From the NCBI GenBank assembly GCA_045630385.1, contig JAZQTA010000064.1:1-55632 (forward strand): DNA of 55,632 bases. The letters are read 5' to 3'. This document shows, piece by piece, positions 18,233-27,305 of this stretch; position 1 is the stretch's first letter; each line of letters opens with the position of its first letter. Both the position numbers and the translations under genes were made by a program. Below the pieces are notes generated by a model. It saw nothing but the letters and a program-made list of their open reading frames with translations, did no database searches and had not been told where the DNA came from. This DNA is from Eubacteriales bacterium (GTDB lineage: Bacteria > Bacillota > Clostridia > Oscillospirales > CAG-272).

Positions 18233-19315
18233 GTGCGAAAAAGAGTAAAGCCTGTACCTCTTGTGTTTTATTTTAGCCTTGGATTTTTTATCCTCGGCGT
18301 TGTTTTTTCTTTTATTTATCGAAAAAGTTCCGCCTTTGCGGGCTTTATCAATGATACGTTTGCGCATGGTTTCCGATTTGTTTTGGGATCCGTCACGCGT
18401 GCCGTCCCATTTTCCATCGCGGAAATGCTTCTTTTCTCGATCCCCCTGCTGGCGGTACTTGCCGTGATCATTTCCTTTCGCTATGCTTATACGGCGACAC
18501 GGCGCGTGCGCATGCTATGCATCATCCTTTCAATCTTAATGCCCTTGTATCCGCTTTATATGCTTACGCTTGCACCGGGCTATCACGCGCCGACGCTGGA
18601 CGGGAAAATGCAGCTTTCCGCTGATCCTGTCGCTCCCGAGGAACTGAAAAAAACCGTCGAGATCCTGCTTTCCGAGATAGAGCCGCTTCTTGATGAGATT
18701 TCCTTTTCCGAGAGCGGCGCATCCGAAAATCCCCTCACATTAAAGGAAACGGGGGATGAGATCCTGAAGGCGTACGATGCCTTTCTCGCAGAATTTCCGA
18801 TTGCGAAAAATTTCAAATCGCGCCCGAAAACCGTCGTTTTGCGTAAGTATATGACCTTTGCGGAAATTACGGGTATGTATACCTTCTTCACGGGAGAAGC
18901 GAATGTGAACACCGTCTATCCCGACTACGTGATTCCGTTCACCGCGGCGCATGAATTTGCGCATCAGCGCGGCATCGCGCGTGAAAACGAGGCGAATTTC
19001 GTTGCCGCTCTGGTCTGCACCTATGCCGAGGAGGATTACGTTCGTTATAGCGGACTTTTCAACCTCTTCGAATACGTGATCTCCGCTTATGCAAGAGCGG
19101 ATCGAGAGGGCTACGCCGCTTTTTGGAAAAATATAGATTCTCGCCTGATCGGGGAAATGCGCGCTTATTCCAAAGCCATGGAACCCTACCGCGATCACAA
19201 GCTCGGTGAGGTTTCCGCCACCGTAAACAACGCCTATCTTGAAATGAACGGCACACCGGGTATCATCAGCTACGGTTTGGTTGTGGACTTGGCTGTTGCC
19301 TACTACACCCGCTGA
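18233..19315 (+). CDS. DUF3810-like membrane-anchored putative zinc metalloprotease
   Basis: GTG start with RBS AAAGGAGGA. It has three N-terminal hydrophobic segments and the HExxH motif AAHEFAHQRG. Confidence 0.6.
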   Translation: MRKRVKPVPLVFYFSLGFFILGVVFSFIYRKSSAFAGFINDTFAHGFRFVLGSVTRAVPFSIAEMLLFSIPLLAVLAVIISFRYAYTATRRVRMLCIILSILMPLYPLYMLTLAPGYHAPTLDGKMQLSADPVAPEELKKTVEILLSEIEPLLDEISFSESGASENPLTLKETGDEILKAYDAFLAEFPIAKNFKSRPKTVVLRKYMTFAEITGMYTFFTGEANVNTVYPDYVIPFTAAHEFAHQRGIARENEANFVAALVCTYAEEDYVRYSGLFNLFEYVISAYARADREGYAAFWKNIDSRLIGEMRAYSKAMEPYRDHKLGEVSATVNNAYLEMNGTPGIISYGLVVDLAVAYYTR

Positions 19316-19617
19316 TGTTGACGGTATAAACTGTGAAATACTGCGTTAAAGCATCGACTCGGTCAAATCGCCGTAGGCATCTACGGCTTCATCTCCCTCG
19401 CTCGCTTCGCCTTGTCTTTCGCAGTTTCTCCTCGTCAACATTGCTCTTTGATGCGTTGTTTCGCATCGCTCCCGCCCTTACGCCTTGTCTTTCGAAATTT
19501 CTGCCGATCAGCGCGCCTCTTGCGTGCATCCGACTCCTCCTCGTCACTCTTTTGCCATAGCAGAATATCATGATAAAAGAGGTGCAAATAAAATGCACCG
19601 TATTATCGGAGACTGCT

Positions 19618-20841
19618 ATGGAAAAATTAACTGTAAGAGGCGGCCGTCCGCTGAACGGAACGGTGCGCGTCAGCGGCTCGAAGAACGCCGCGTTGCCTTT
19701 GATTTTTGCAACCGTTCTGACCGAATCGGTTTGCGTGATAGAAAACGTACCCGGGATCCGCGACGTGGAGATGAGCCTTGAGATCCTCACGGCGATGGGA
19801 GCGCGGGCAAGCCTGACGGCGCATGGCACGCTGGAGATCTCTACGGAAAATATGCGCCCCACCTTGCCGCCTGCGCATCTCGTTCGTGCGCTTCGCGCAT
19901 CCACCTATCTGATGGGGGCGATGCTCGGCCGCTTTGGGCGTGCATACGTGCAGGACTTCGGCGGCTGCAATTTTTCGCCGCGCCCGATTGATATGCATCT
20001 GCTTGCCGCAGAGCGGCTGGGCGCAACGCTCGAAAATAACGGCCTTTTTGCCCCGAGCGGCCTGAAGGGTACGGTAATACCGTTTCAAAAGGCTTCCGTC
20101 GGTGCAACGGTCAACGCGCTTTTAATGGCGGTTCGCGCACAGGGAAGAACGGTGATCGAAAACGCCGCATCCGAGCCGCACGTGGAAAATCTTATTTCGT
20201 TTCTTCGCTCCATGGGGGCGGGCATCACGCGCCTTGGCTCGGCTTTGATCGTAGAGGGGGGTGTTCTGCACGGCGGCCGCGCCACGGTCGTGGGTGATAT
20301 GATCGAGGGAGGGACCTATCTTCTTTCGGGACTTGCCACGGGCGGCGCGGTCAGCGTAGAGGGATGCGATCCCGCGCATCTTTCCTCCTTTCTTTCGCTT
20401 CTTCGGCAGGGTGGTGCATTCGTGAAAAACGAGGTCGGCCGCATCTCCGTTTCGGGGCGGCTGATCGCGCCGATCGTGATAAAAACCGCGCCGTATCCGG
20501 GTTTTCCCACGGATCTTCAGCCGCAAACGGCGCTTGTCGGAGCGTTGCACGGCGGCGGGGTAGTAACCGAAACGGTTTTTCCTATGCGCTTTGGATATTT
20601 AAATGCGCTTGCGGATATGGGGCTCTCCTATGTGAAAAACGGTAGCGTTGCCTATCTTTTTCCCTCGAGACTGCATGCAAGTGCGGTGATGGCGGAGGAT
20701 CTGCGCGGCGGTGCGGCGCTCGTCTTGGCGGCGCTCTCGGCCGAAGGCGAAAGCGAGATATACGGTGCGTCCATGATCCTGCGAGGCTACGAAAATATAA
20801 CGGAAAAATTCTCCTCCTTGGGAGCAAGCATAAACTTTTAG
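19618..20841 (+). CDS. murA: UDP-N-acetylglucosamine 1-carboxyvinyltransferase
   Basis: Start MEKLTVRGGRPLNGTVRVSGSKNAALPL at 19618; the ORF-track start at 19570 adds 16 non-conserved residues. The active-site loop FGGCNFSPRPID contains the Cys of fosfomycin-sensitive MurA. Confidence 0.9.
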   Translation: MEKLTVRGGRPLNGTVRVSGSKNAALPLIFATVLTESVCVIENVPGIRDVEMSLEILTAMGARASLTAHGTLEISTENMRPTLPPAHLVRALRASTYLMGAMLGRFGRAYVQDFGGCNFSPRPIDMHLLAAERLGATLENNGLFAPSGLKGTVIPFQKASVGATVNALLMAVRAQGRTVIENAASEPHVENLISFLRSMGAGITRLGSALIVEGGVLHGGRATVVGDMIEGGTYLLSGLATGGAVSVEGCDPAHLSSFLSLLRQGGAFVKNEVGRISVSGRLIAPIVIKTAPYPGFPTDLQPQTALVGALHGGGVVTETVFPMRFGYLNALADMGLSYVKNGSVAYLFPSRLHASAVMAEDLRGGAALVLAALSAEGESEIYGASMILRGYENITEKFSSLGASINF

Positions 20842-20864
20842 TTCAGAAAGAAGGATGTTTAAAA

Positions 20865-21707
20865 ATGAAAAGAATTGTAACGGTTCAGGATATATCCTGC
20901 GTGGGCAGATGCTCCTTGACGGTCGCTTTGCCGATCATCTCCGCGATGGGCGTGGAATGCGGCGTGATCCCCACGGCCGTGCTCTCCACGCATACGGGCT
21001 TTCCGAAATTCACCTTCCGTGATCTGACGGAAGAGATTCCCGCGATCACCGATGCGTGGAAGGAGCTTTCCGTCGGCTTTGACGCCGTTTATACGGGGTA
21101 TCTCGGCTCGGAGCGCCAGATCTCTCTCGTCAAAGATTTCGTGCGCGATTTCGGTGATAAGGATAGCTTTGTGTCCTGGATCGATCCCGTAATGGCAGAC
21201 CGCGGAAAAATGTATCCCGGCTTCACGGAGGAGTTTGCGGGGAAGATGGCGGAGCTTTGCTCCGTGGCGGACGTCATTGTTCCGAATCTCACGGAGGCAT
21301 CCTTTATGCTCGGAATCCCTTACCGCGAGACCTATGACGAGGCGTATATCCGCGATATTCTCGTTCGGCTGACCGAGAAGGGCGCGAAGGCGGCCGTTCT
21401 GACGGGGATTGAACTCGAGGAGGGAAAAATCGGCGTGTATGCGTACGATTCCGTAAAGAAGAAATTTTTCTCTTATTATAACGAAAAGCTTCCCGCCTCA
21501 TACCACGGAACGGGAGACGTCTTCTCCTCCTGCGCCTTTGGCGCATATATGCGCGGCATGGCGCTTGAGAACGCGCTTTCTCTTGCGGTGGATTTCACGC
21601 TGGAATGCATGAAAAAGACCATGGCAGACGAAGATCGCCGCTTCTACGGCGTGAATTTCGAGGAAGCGTTCCCGATGCTGATCTCGCGCCTTGGCAAGCT
21701 GAACTAA
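20865..21707 (+). CDS. pdxK: pyridoxal/pyridoxamine kinase (ribokinase superfamily)
   Basis: 280 aa. VQDISCVGRCSLTVALPIISAMG and the anion-hole motif HGTGDVFSS. Confidence 0.8.
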   Translation: MKRIVTVQDISCVGRCSLTVALPIISAMGVECGVIPTAVLSTHTGFPKFTFRDLTEEIPAITDAWKELSVGFDAVYTGYLGSERQISLVKDFVRDFGDKDSFVSWIDPVMADRGKMYPGFTEEFAGKMAELCSVADVIVPNLTEASFMLGIPYRETYDEAYIRDILVRLTEKGAKAAVLTGIELEEGKIGVYAYDSVKKKFFSYYNEKLPASYHGTGDVFSSCAFGAYMRGMALENALSLAVDFTLECMKKTMADEDRRFYGVNFEEAFPMLISRLGKLN

Positions 21708-21726
21708 AAGGACAAGGATACGGAAA

Positions 21727-24700
21727 ATGGATATTGAGGCTCTTCTGAAAAACGGAAAAGACGGTTATGGGCCCGCTGTGATGTGGTTCACCTCGGGAAG
21801 GATCGAAAAAGAGGAAATGACCTATCAGCTGGAGGGCTTTCGCCGCGCGGGGATGAAGGATTTCTTCATCCATCCCGTGCTTGGCACGGCGGTGGATTAT
21901 CTCGGTCCGTATTTCTTCGGTATGGTAAAGCACGCGCGAGACGAAGCCAAGCGCCTCGGCATGAATTATTGGATCTACGATGAATATAACTGGTCGTCGG
22001 GCGTAGCGGCGGGGCAGGTGCTGAAAAACGCGCCTTGGGCGCACGGCTGCTGTCTTTTGCGCATGGAAGAAAGCGTGGCGGCAAGGGAAGAGAAGCGTAT
22101 TCCTCTTCCGCCTGCCGATCGTTTTCATACGGAGCTGCTTCTCTTTGCCGTAAACGGAAAGCCGACCGCGCCCGTTACGGACGGGGATAGCGTTATTTAT
22201 AAAAACGAAACGGACGAGCCGCAAAAAGTCGAGATCTTCGTTTCCAAATGGGATCTCGGCAAGATCGCCGCGCTCAAAAATTCCGAGGTCGTGGAAAAGG
22301 ATGTCGAGGGGTATCTTGATACCCTCGATCCCGAGGCCGTGGATGCCTTTATTGCCTCCACCCACGAAAAATATAAGGCAGAGATTGGAGAGGACTTCGG
22401 CGGATGCGTGAAGGGCGTGTTCTGTGACGAGGTCATTACTTATTTTGATTTCCACGAATGGGGAAGCGAGGATCTGAAAACGCTTCCGTGGTCGCGCCGC
22501 TTTGCCGAGCGCTTTTATAAGCGGTGCGGATATGATATTGTTCCGCGCCTTTCGGAGCTGATGAAGGGCGAAAACAAAAAGCTTTTGATCGATTATTGGG
22601 AAGCGGTTGCTGCCTTTATGATGGAGGGCTTCGCGGGGCGCACCTACGAATGGTGCGAAAAAAACGGCCTTCTCGCCACGGGGCATATCGATGGCGAGGA
22701 AAGCATTTTTTCGCAGGTCTACCGCTCGGGCGATAACTACGAATTTTATAAAAGATTCGCCGTTCCCGGCATTGACTCGATCATGACCTATTTCCGCACG
22801 GGGGATTATACCTTCGCGATCACTCCAAAGCTCGTATCCTCTGCCGCGCATTTTTTACATAAGGAGCGCATTTTGTGCGAAACCTTCACGGTCAGCGGTT
22901 GGGAGATCGGCCTTGCGGATATGAAGCGCGCCATCAATAAGCTTCTCGTCCTGGGCGTAAACTTCGTTCAGTATATGGGCGCAAGATACGATTTTAATCT
23001 CGCGCAAAACGCGAGCGCGATGACCAATAATTTCCAAAATCCGCTCTTTAAGCATTACGGCGCACTTTCGCATTATACCGAGGCGCTTCAGGCCTTCGTT
23101 TCGAAAACCGAATACGATGCGCATACCCTCCTTTTCTATCCGATCACGACGGCGCGTGCCCTGATCACGGGGCGAACCCTCATCGGTGAATGGGATCACC
23201 CCTTGAATATGACGATCTGCGGCGCGGTCAACTCGCTTCTTTCTCTTCAGCATCCCTTCGAGATCGGCTTCGAGCAGGTGATCGATGCGGCCGAGGTGAA
23301 GGGCGGCCGCCTGATCGTGGACGGAAGGTATTACGATACCGTCATTCTTCCCGACACGGAATATTTGAAGGAGAAGACCTTCGAGGTGCTTTCCGCCTTT
23401 TCGCTTGGCGGCGGCCGCCTGATCGCGCTGAACGCACATTCCCTGAAGGTGATTGGCGAAGCCGTTACGGAAAGAGAGCTTCCTTCCGTGATACGGGTGG
23501 ATTGCCGCGATTATGAATTCACGGGCGAAAATTATCCCTCGTGGAAAAACGGCCAGCCCTTTGACGGACATCAGTGCGATAAAATGGGTGGCTTCACCGA
23601 GGCGCTCTCCCTTGCGCTCGGCGGCATGGAGTCCTATCCGCTTTCTCTCGTACCCACGGATGGTATCCTTTCCTCCTTCCGCAAGGATAAGGACGGCTAT
23701 TACGCATTGATCATTAACGATAATAACGAAGAAACCGAGGTGCGCGGCCGCCTGCATAACGGCGAGGATGCCGCTCTCTTTGATACGCTTTCGGGAAACG
23801 TGCGCCCGATGTCGCGGCGCGGCAGAGAATTTTCCTTCACGCTTGCGCCCTACGAAAGCGCCATTCTCTCGGTAGGGGTAAGCACCACCGCCGAGGTATG
23901 TGAAGAACCCGAGAAAACCGAAATTCCGCTCGCGCCCGTGCGCCTTTCGATCGAGGGAGATAATTTCTCGCACTTCGATATGCGCCACCTTCGCGGCACA
24001 CTTGCCGAGCGCGTGATCGAGGCGCACCGTGCGCAGGATGCCTCCCTTGTCAGCACCCTTGCCATGGAGGCAAATGAAGAAAACAGCGTGCTTTGCCGTG
24101 CCCCCGAGAGCCTCTATATGCCCGTGCGCGGCAAGCGCGATTTCTACGGATGGTCACCGGTGGACGGTCGCGGCGCCAAGCCCTCGCAAACGGTTGCCTG
24201 CATATACGATTTTACCTTGGATACAAGCCTTGAGCGCCTTTTCGTCGTCTGTGATCCCGATTGGGGAACGGTCTATTATCTGAACGGTCAGCGCCTGGAG
24301 GTCAGCGCCACCGAGCGCGTTTGGCACCACAGAAACCTCGTTTACGATATTAAGGATATCGTGAATATAGGGAAGAACCGCCTCGTCGCGGTCTGCACGA
24401 TGCCTGTCTACGATCGCGCCTTTCCTCTGCCCGCCCCCGTCCTGAAGGGAAATTTCCGTCAGTTTGAGGGCTGTCACCTCACGGCGGAGAAGGGAAAGGG
24501 CGGATTCGGCAGTCTGAGCGAAAAGGGATACCTAACCTTCGGCGGCGACGCCACGTACGAAACCTCCTTCGCATACGAAGGAGAGGGAAGCCTTCTGCTC
24601 ACCGTTGAAACGAAGGATACCGTCGAGGTTCTTGTCAACGGCGTGTCCGCCGGCGTGCGCTTCTGCGAGCCGTATACCTTCGATCTCGCGGCGCTTGCAA

Positions 24701-24810
24701 AAAAAGGTGAAAACGCGCTTTCCCTCCGCGTCACCACAACGCTTTCGAATTTTATCTATAAAAGCGGTCCCTCGGGCATCTGCACTGCCCATCTTATTCT
24801 AAATGAATAA
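21727..24810 (+). CDS. large cytoplasmic glycoside-hydrolase-like protein (GH106-like architecture with C-terminal jelly-roll domain), family unconfirmed
   Basis: 1027 aa with no signal peptide. The N-terminal PAVMWFTSG...FFIHP and the C-terminal block (GGDATYETSF...VEVLVNGVSAGVRFCEPYTFDL...GENALSLRVTTTLSN) resemble the glycosylhydrolase-like jelly-roll tail of GH106-type rhamnosidase relatives. Confidence 0.45.
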   Translation: MDIEALLKNGKDGYGPAVMWFTSGRIEKEEMTYQLEGFRRAGMKDFFIHPVLGTAVDYLGPYFFGMVKHARDEAKRLGMNYWIYDEYNWSSGVAAGQVLKNAPWAHGCCLLRMEESVAAREEKRIPLPPADRFHTELLLFAVNGKPTAPVTDGDSVIYKNETDEPQKVEIFVSKWDLGKIAALKNSEVVEKDVEGYLDTLDPEAVDAFIASTHEKYKAEIGEDFGGCVKGVFCDEVITYFDFHEWGSEDLKTLPWSRRFAERFYKRCGYDIVPRLSELMKGENKKLLIDYWEAVAAFMMEGFAGRTYEWCEKNGLLATGHIDGEESIFSQVYRSGDNYEFYKRFAVPGIDSIMTYFRTGDYTFAITPKLVSSAAHFLHKERILCETFTVSGWEIGLADMKRAINKLLVLGVNFVQYMGARYDFNLAQNASAMTNNFQNPLFKHYGALSHYTEALQAFVSKTEYDAHTLLFYPITTARALITGRTLIGEWDHPLNMTICGAVNSLLSLQHPFEIGFEQVIDAAEVKGGRLIVDGRYYDTVILPDTEYLKEKTFEVLSAFSLGGGRLIALNAHSLKVIGEAVTERELPSVIRVDCRDYEFTGENYPSWKNGQPFDGHQCDKMGGFTEALSLALGGMESYPLSLVPTDGILSSFRKDKDGYYALIINDNNEETEVRGRLHNGEDAALFDTLSGNVRPMSRRGREFSFTLAPYESAILSVGVSTTAEVCEEPEKTEIPLAPVRLSIEGDNFSHFDMRHLRGTLAERVIEAHRAQDASLVSTLAMEANEENSVLCRAPESLYMPVRGKRDFYGWSPVDGRGAKPSQTVACIYDFTLDTSLERLFVVCDPDWGTVYYLNGQRLEVSATERVWHHRNLVYDIKDIVNIGKNRLVAVCTMPVYDRAFPLPAPVLKGNFRQFEGCHLTAEKGKGGFGSLSEKGYLTFGGDATYETSFAYEGEGSLLLTVETKDTVEVLVNGVSAGVRFCEPYTFDLAALAKKGENALSLRVTTTLSNFIYKSGPSGICTAHLILNE

Positions 24811-24870
24811 CCTGAACGAGAATTTGTCGAATGTATCGTTCATAATGTGCTTGTGAACGAAAGAACCAAT

Positions 24871-24929
24871 AAAAAAACAAGAGCAAGAAAAGAAGTTTTT
24901 CTCTTTTATCTTGCTCTTGTTGATTTTTA
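24871..24929. terminator. bidirectional terminator between convergent genes (hairpin A)
   Basis: A 12-bp stem, AACAAGAGCAAG (24876-24887) pairing with CTTGCTCTTGTT (24910-24921). An A-run lies on the left (a U-run for the minus-strand gene) and GATTTTTATT on the right. Confidence 0.65.
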
Positions 24930-24931
24930 TT

Positions 24932-24976
24932 GCATGGCTTGGAGCGATTGAAAACGTTCCAAGTCATGCTTTTTTT
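24932..24976 (+). terminator. intrinsic terminator (hairpin B) for the plus-strand glycosidase gene
   Basis: GCATGGCTTGGA (24932-24943) pairs with TCCAAGTCATGC (24958-24969) with one G-U, followed by a T7 run (24970-24976). Confidence 0.65.
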
Positions 24977-24989
24977 GTAAAGATATAAA

Positions 24990-26975
24990 TCAATTCTTCG
25001 CTTGAAGACGGAAGGATTCGGTTGCTGCATCCCAATAGGTTACGTAGTTTTCGTTCATGCAAACAAGCTTCGCCTCGTCTCCCTCGGTGTAAACGTAGCC
25101 CTCAGCAGGCTTCAGATTGAAGGCCGCGAAGTTAGCCGCCGCTTCGTCTGCGGTGAACTTGAAGCCGCTGAAGTCAACCGTGAGCTTCACCTGGTTCACG
25201 TTCAAGCCGATCGAGCAGTGTACAGTTCCGAGAAGCTCAACCGCGCCAACGGTCAGATAATCGTTACCGGTGAAGAGAATATCGTCATCGATATATCCGC
25301 CGAGCAGAGATACGGGGTTGTTGAGCGCGTAGATTGCCGCCTGTCCGCTTTCTGCATCGTTGTCATAGATTCTACCGCCGGTGATCGTCAGAGAAGGCCA
25401 ACGATAGTGATTCATGCGGAATACGTTTCCAAGCTCGCCCGCAACGTTGTCATGGATCTCCACGTTGCCGGAAACAACGTACTTATCTGCGCTTCCGCCC
25501 CAAACAACACCGCCGCCGCTTGCCGCATAGTTGTCAGCAATTTCACCGCCGTTGAAGAATACGTCGAGGTTGTTGCCGCTCCAGATCACGCCGCCGTTGT
25601 TTGCGGAATTGTTCTTGATTTCGCCGCCGTTCATTGTGAAGGAAACAACTCTTCCGCTCTGACCGTCAACGGTACGAACCACGCCGCCGATGCCACCATA
25701 GTTTCCGTTGATCTTACCATCGTTGATCACGATGTGACCGCCGCCCCAGATGGCACCTGCGCCGCCGCCGTTGTTGTTAAGGATCTCGCCGCCATCCAAG
25801 GTGAGTGTTCCGCCGCCGCGCGTTGCCAGGCTGATGGCGTTGCTTCCGTCGTTGTTCTGAACTACAGCGCCCTCACCGAGAACGATATTTGCGTTACCGC
25901 TTGTGGAGATGATATTCGCAGTGGTGGCAATTCCCGAGTTAGTAGTTCCGCGAAGGAGCACGGGATCGATTGCACCCGTCCATTTTGCACCGCCGTCCAA
26001 CGTGATGTTGGAAAGCGTGACGGTGTAGCCGCTGGCTACGGAGATAAGAGGCTTACCTGCCATATCTTCGGTCCTGTAGACCGTGATGCCGTCGCCGTCG
26101 ATTACAGCATTATCGGTAAATATCTGCGTTCTGCCACGCAGCGAGAGGGTGGCAACAGGGTAGCGCTCGTTCATGTAATCAATAAAGTTGTCATTGATAA
26201 CGAGGGGCTCTGCAAGAAGTACGTCGTCTCCGTTTTCAATTGCCGTAAAAAATGCATTCAGGGTCTGTACAGAGGTTTTGTAGGTTGCATCTGCATCATA
26301 CAGATTGTTCTCAAAATCTGCCTCATGTGTGTACTGTGTCGCAACGAGCTGGATGGAGAAGTTTGCGCCGATCGAAAGAAATTCGTAGTTGTTATCTGCG
26401 CTTTCTCTCATCTTGAAGGCAATCGTAGCCGTTGCCTCGCCAACTCTCTCGTAATTGCCGGCAGCCGTCTCGCCCTCGGGCAGGATCGCACCGTAGATAG
26501 CACCGTCCTTGTCCTCGATCATGTCACGAAGCGTTCCAACAGGGGTAAGGGCTTCCAGGTCGGTGCGGCCGATCTGTCTTGCACCTTCGATGAAGTAAAC
26601 GTCGATCACGTCTGCAAGAATGGAAAGCGTCTGCACGTTCTCGTCAAAAATAGGTTCGATCATCAGCTTATACTTGAATGCCAATGAGCCCTCATTTTTG
26701 ATTTTGATGTGTTTTGCTTCAACGTAACCGGGCTCCCATTTGTCATAATTGAAGATCGGTCCTACAGAAGCATCCTTCCAGGTAACGCTTGCGGGATCCT
26801 CATCCGCATTTGCCCAGTACATAGCAACATCAAGCGATCCTGCCTTGATGATGTTAGTATCGGAGCTAACGGAATCGGTGAACCACGCAAACGTCGTTCC
26901 GATGAGCATAGTGAAGCATACAACCAATGCGATCAAGCTGCTGAACAATGCTCTTCGAGTGTTTGAATTCGTCAT
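24990..26975 (-). CDS. secreted TasA/camelysin-like N-terminal domain fused to a parallel beta-helix (Pmp-like GG[AV][IV]W repeats) protein
   Basis: 661 aa with RBS AAGGAGG. The SipW-type signal peptide region ALVVCFTMLIGTTFAWFTDSV is followed by IIKAGSLDV...NEGSLAFKYKL...QLVATQYTHE (TasA fold). Residues from about 330 onward are Gly/Asn-rich beta-helix rungs (GGGAGAIWGGGHIVINDG, NNGGVIWSGNN, SGGGVVWGG). No LPXTG, SLH or C-terminal TM anchor is seen. Confidence 0.7.
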   Translation of the reverse strand: MTNSNTRRALFSSLIALVVCFTMLIGTTFAWFTDSVSSDTNIIKAGSLDVAMYWANADEDPASVTWKDASVGPIFNYDKWEPGYVEAKHIKIKNEGSLAFKYKLMIEPIFDENVQTLSILADVIDVYFIEGARQIGRTDLEALTPVGTLRDMIEDKDGAIYGAILPEGETAAGNYERVGEATATIAFKMRESADNNYEFLSIGANFSIQLVATQYTHEADFENNLYDADATYKTSVQTLNAFFTAIENGDDVLLAEPLVINDNFIDYMNERYPVATLSLRGRTQIFTDNAVIDGDGITVYRTEDMAGKPLISVASGYTVTLSNITLDGGAKWTGAIDPVLLRGTTNSGIATTANIISTSGNANIVLGEGAVVQNNDGSNAISLATRGGGTLTLDGGEILNNNGGGAGAIWGGGHIVINDGKINGNYGGIGGVVRTVDGQSGRVVSFTMNGGEIKNNSANNGGVIWSGNNLDVFFNGGEIADNYAASGGGVVWGGSADKYVVSGNVEIHDNVAGELGNVFRMNHYRWPSLTITGGRIYDNDAESGQAAIYALNNPVSLLGGYIDDDILFTGNDYLTVGAVELLGTVHCSIGLNVNQVKLTVDFSGFKFTADEAAANFAAFNLKPAEGYVYTEGDEAKLVCMNENYVTYWDAATESFRLQAKN

Positions 26976-27059
26976 TTTTTATTACCTCCTTAATTAGTTT
27001 TGAGACGAATATAGGCTGTATCTGAAAGCATATCGCTTTGAGATCTTGGATGAGGAGAA

Positions 27060-27084
27060 CACATAATGCCCATTATGTGATCAA
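27060..27084. repeat. left inverted repeat (IRL) of the candidate invertible switch
   Basis: CACATAATGCCCATTATGTGATCAA is the exact reverse complement of 27306-27330. It contains an internal dyad, CACATAATG-CC-CATTATGTG. Confidence 0.95.
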
Positions 27085-27123
27085 AAGCATCTCCTTTTTT
27101 TAAAGAGATTATCTGTGAGGTTT

Positions 27124-27152
27124 ATTATAACATAAAAAAAAGAAAAATGCAA
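27124..27152 (-). promoter_or_regulatory. extended -10 sigma-A promoter inside the switch, currently pointing at the TasA-like gene (ON orientation)
   Basis: The minus strand reads TTGCAT (27152-27147), a 17-bp spacer ending in TG, then TATAAT (27129-27124), giving TGTTATAAT. It uses the same TTGCAT-N17-TATAAT architecture as the promoter at 906-934. Confidence 0.6.
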
Positions 27153-27194
27153 TAGCTTTAGATACATATTTCAAATCAAAAATAAAAGAATTTT

Positions 27195-27269
27195 CAGCAT
27201 AACAAAAAGGCCTCTTAAAATCACAGCAGGGGTGATGGCAAAAAGGCTCTTTTTGTTATGCTGTTTTTT
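27195..27269 (+). terminator. long hairpin plus T6 inside the switch; terminator-like only when read on the plus strand
   Basis: A 15-bp perfect stem, CAGCATAACAAAAAG (27195-27209) pairing with CTTTTTGTTATGCTG (27249-27263), followed by TTTTTT (27264-27269). Read on the minus strand, the hairpin is followed by AAAATTC instead. Confidence 0.55.
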
Positions 27270-27305
27270 GTCGTGCTTTCTAAAAATATAAAATCAAAGT
27301 ACCGA

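Noticed and set aside
19389-19529. A possible 46-aa highly basic minus-strand micro-ORF (MHARGALIGRNFERQG...RRSERGR) preceded by GAGGAGGAG.
   Set aside because: The RBS-to-ATG spacing is only about 4 nt and I found no convincing promoter. The sequence is the tail of a long antisense frame, and the composition looks like an artefact of the purine-rich strand.
27085-27117. A five-codon leader ORF (AAGGAG-ATG CTT TTG ATC ACA TAA on the minus strand) in the 5' UTR that reads into IRL, and a long UTR hairpin formed by the IRL dyad.
   Set aside because: It is too short and there is no supporting evidence. It may simply be a by-product of the IR sequence. I mention it only as something to watch if the transcription start is mapped.
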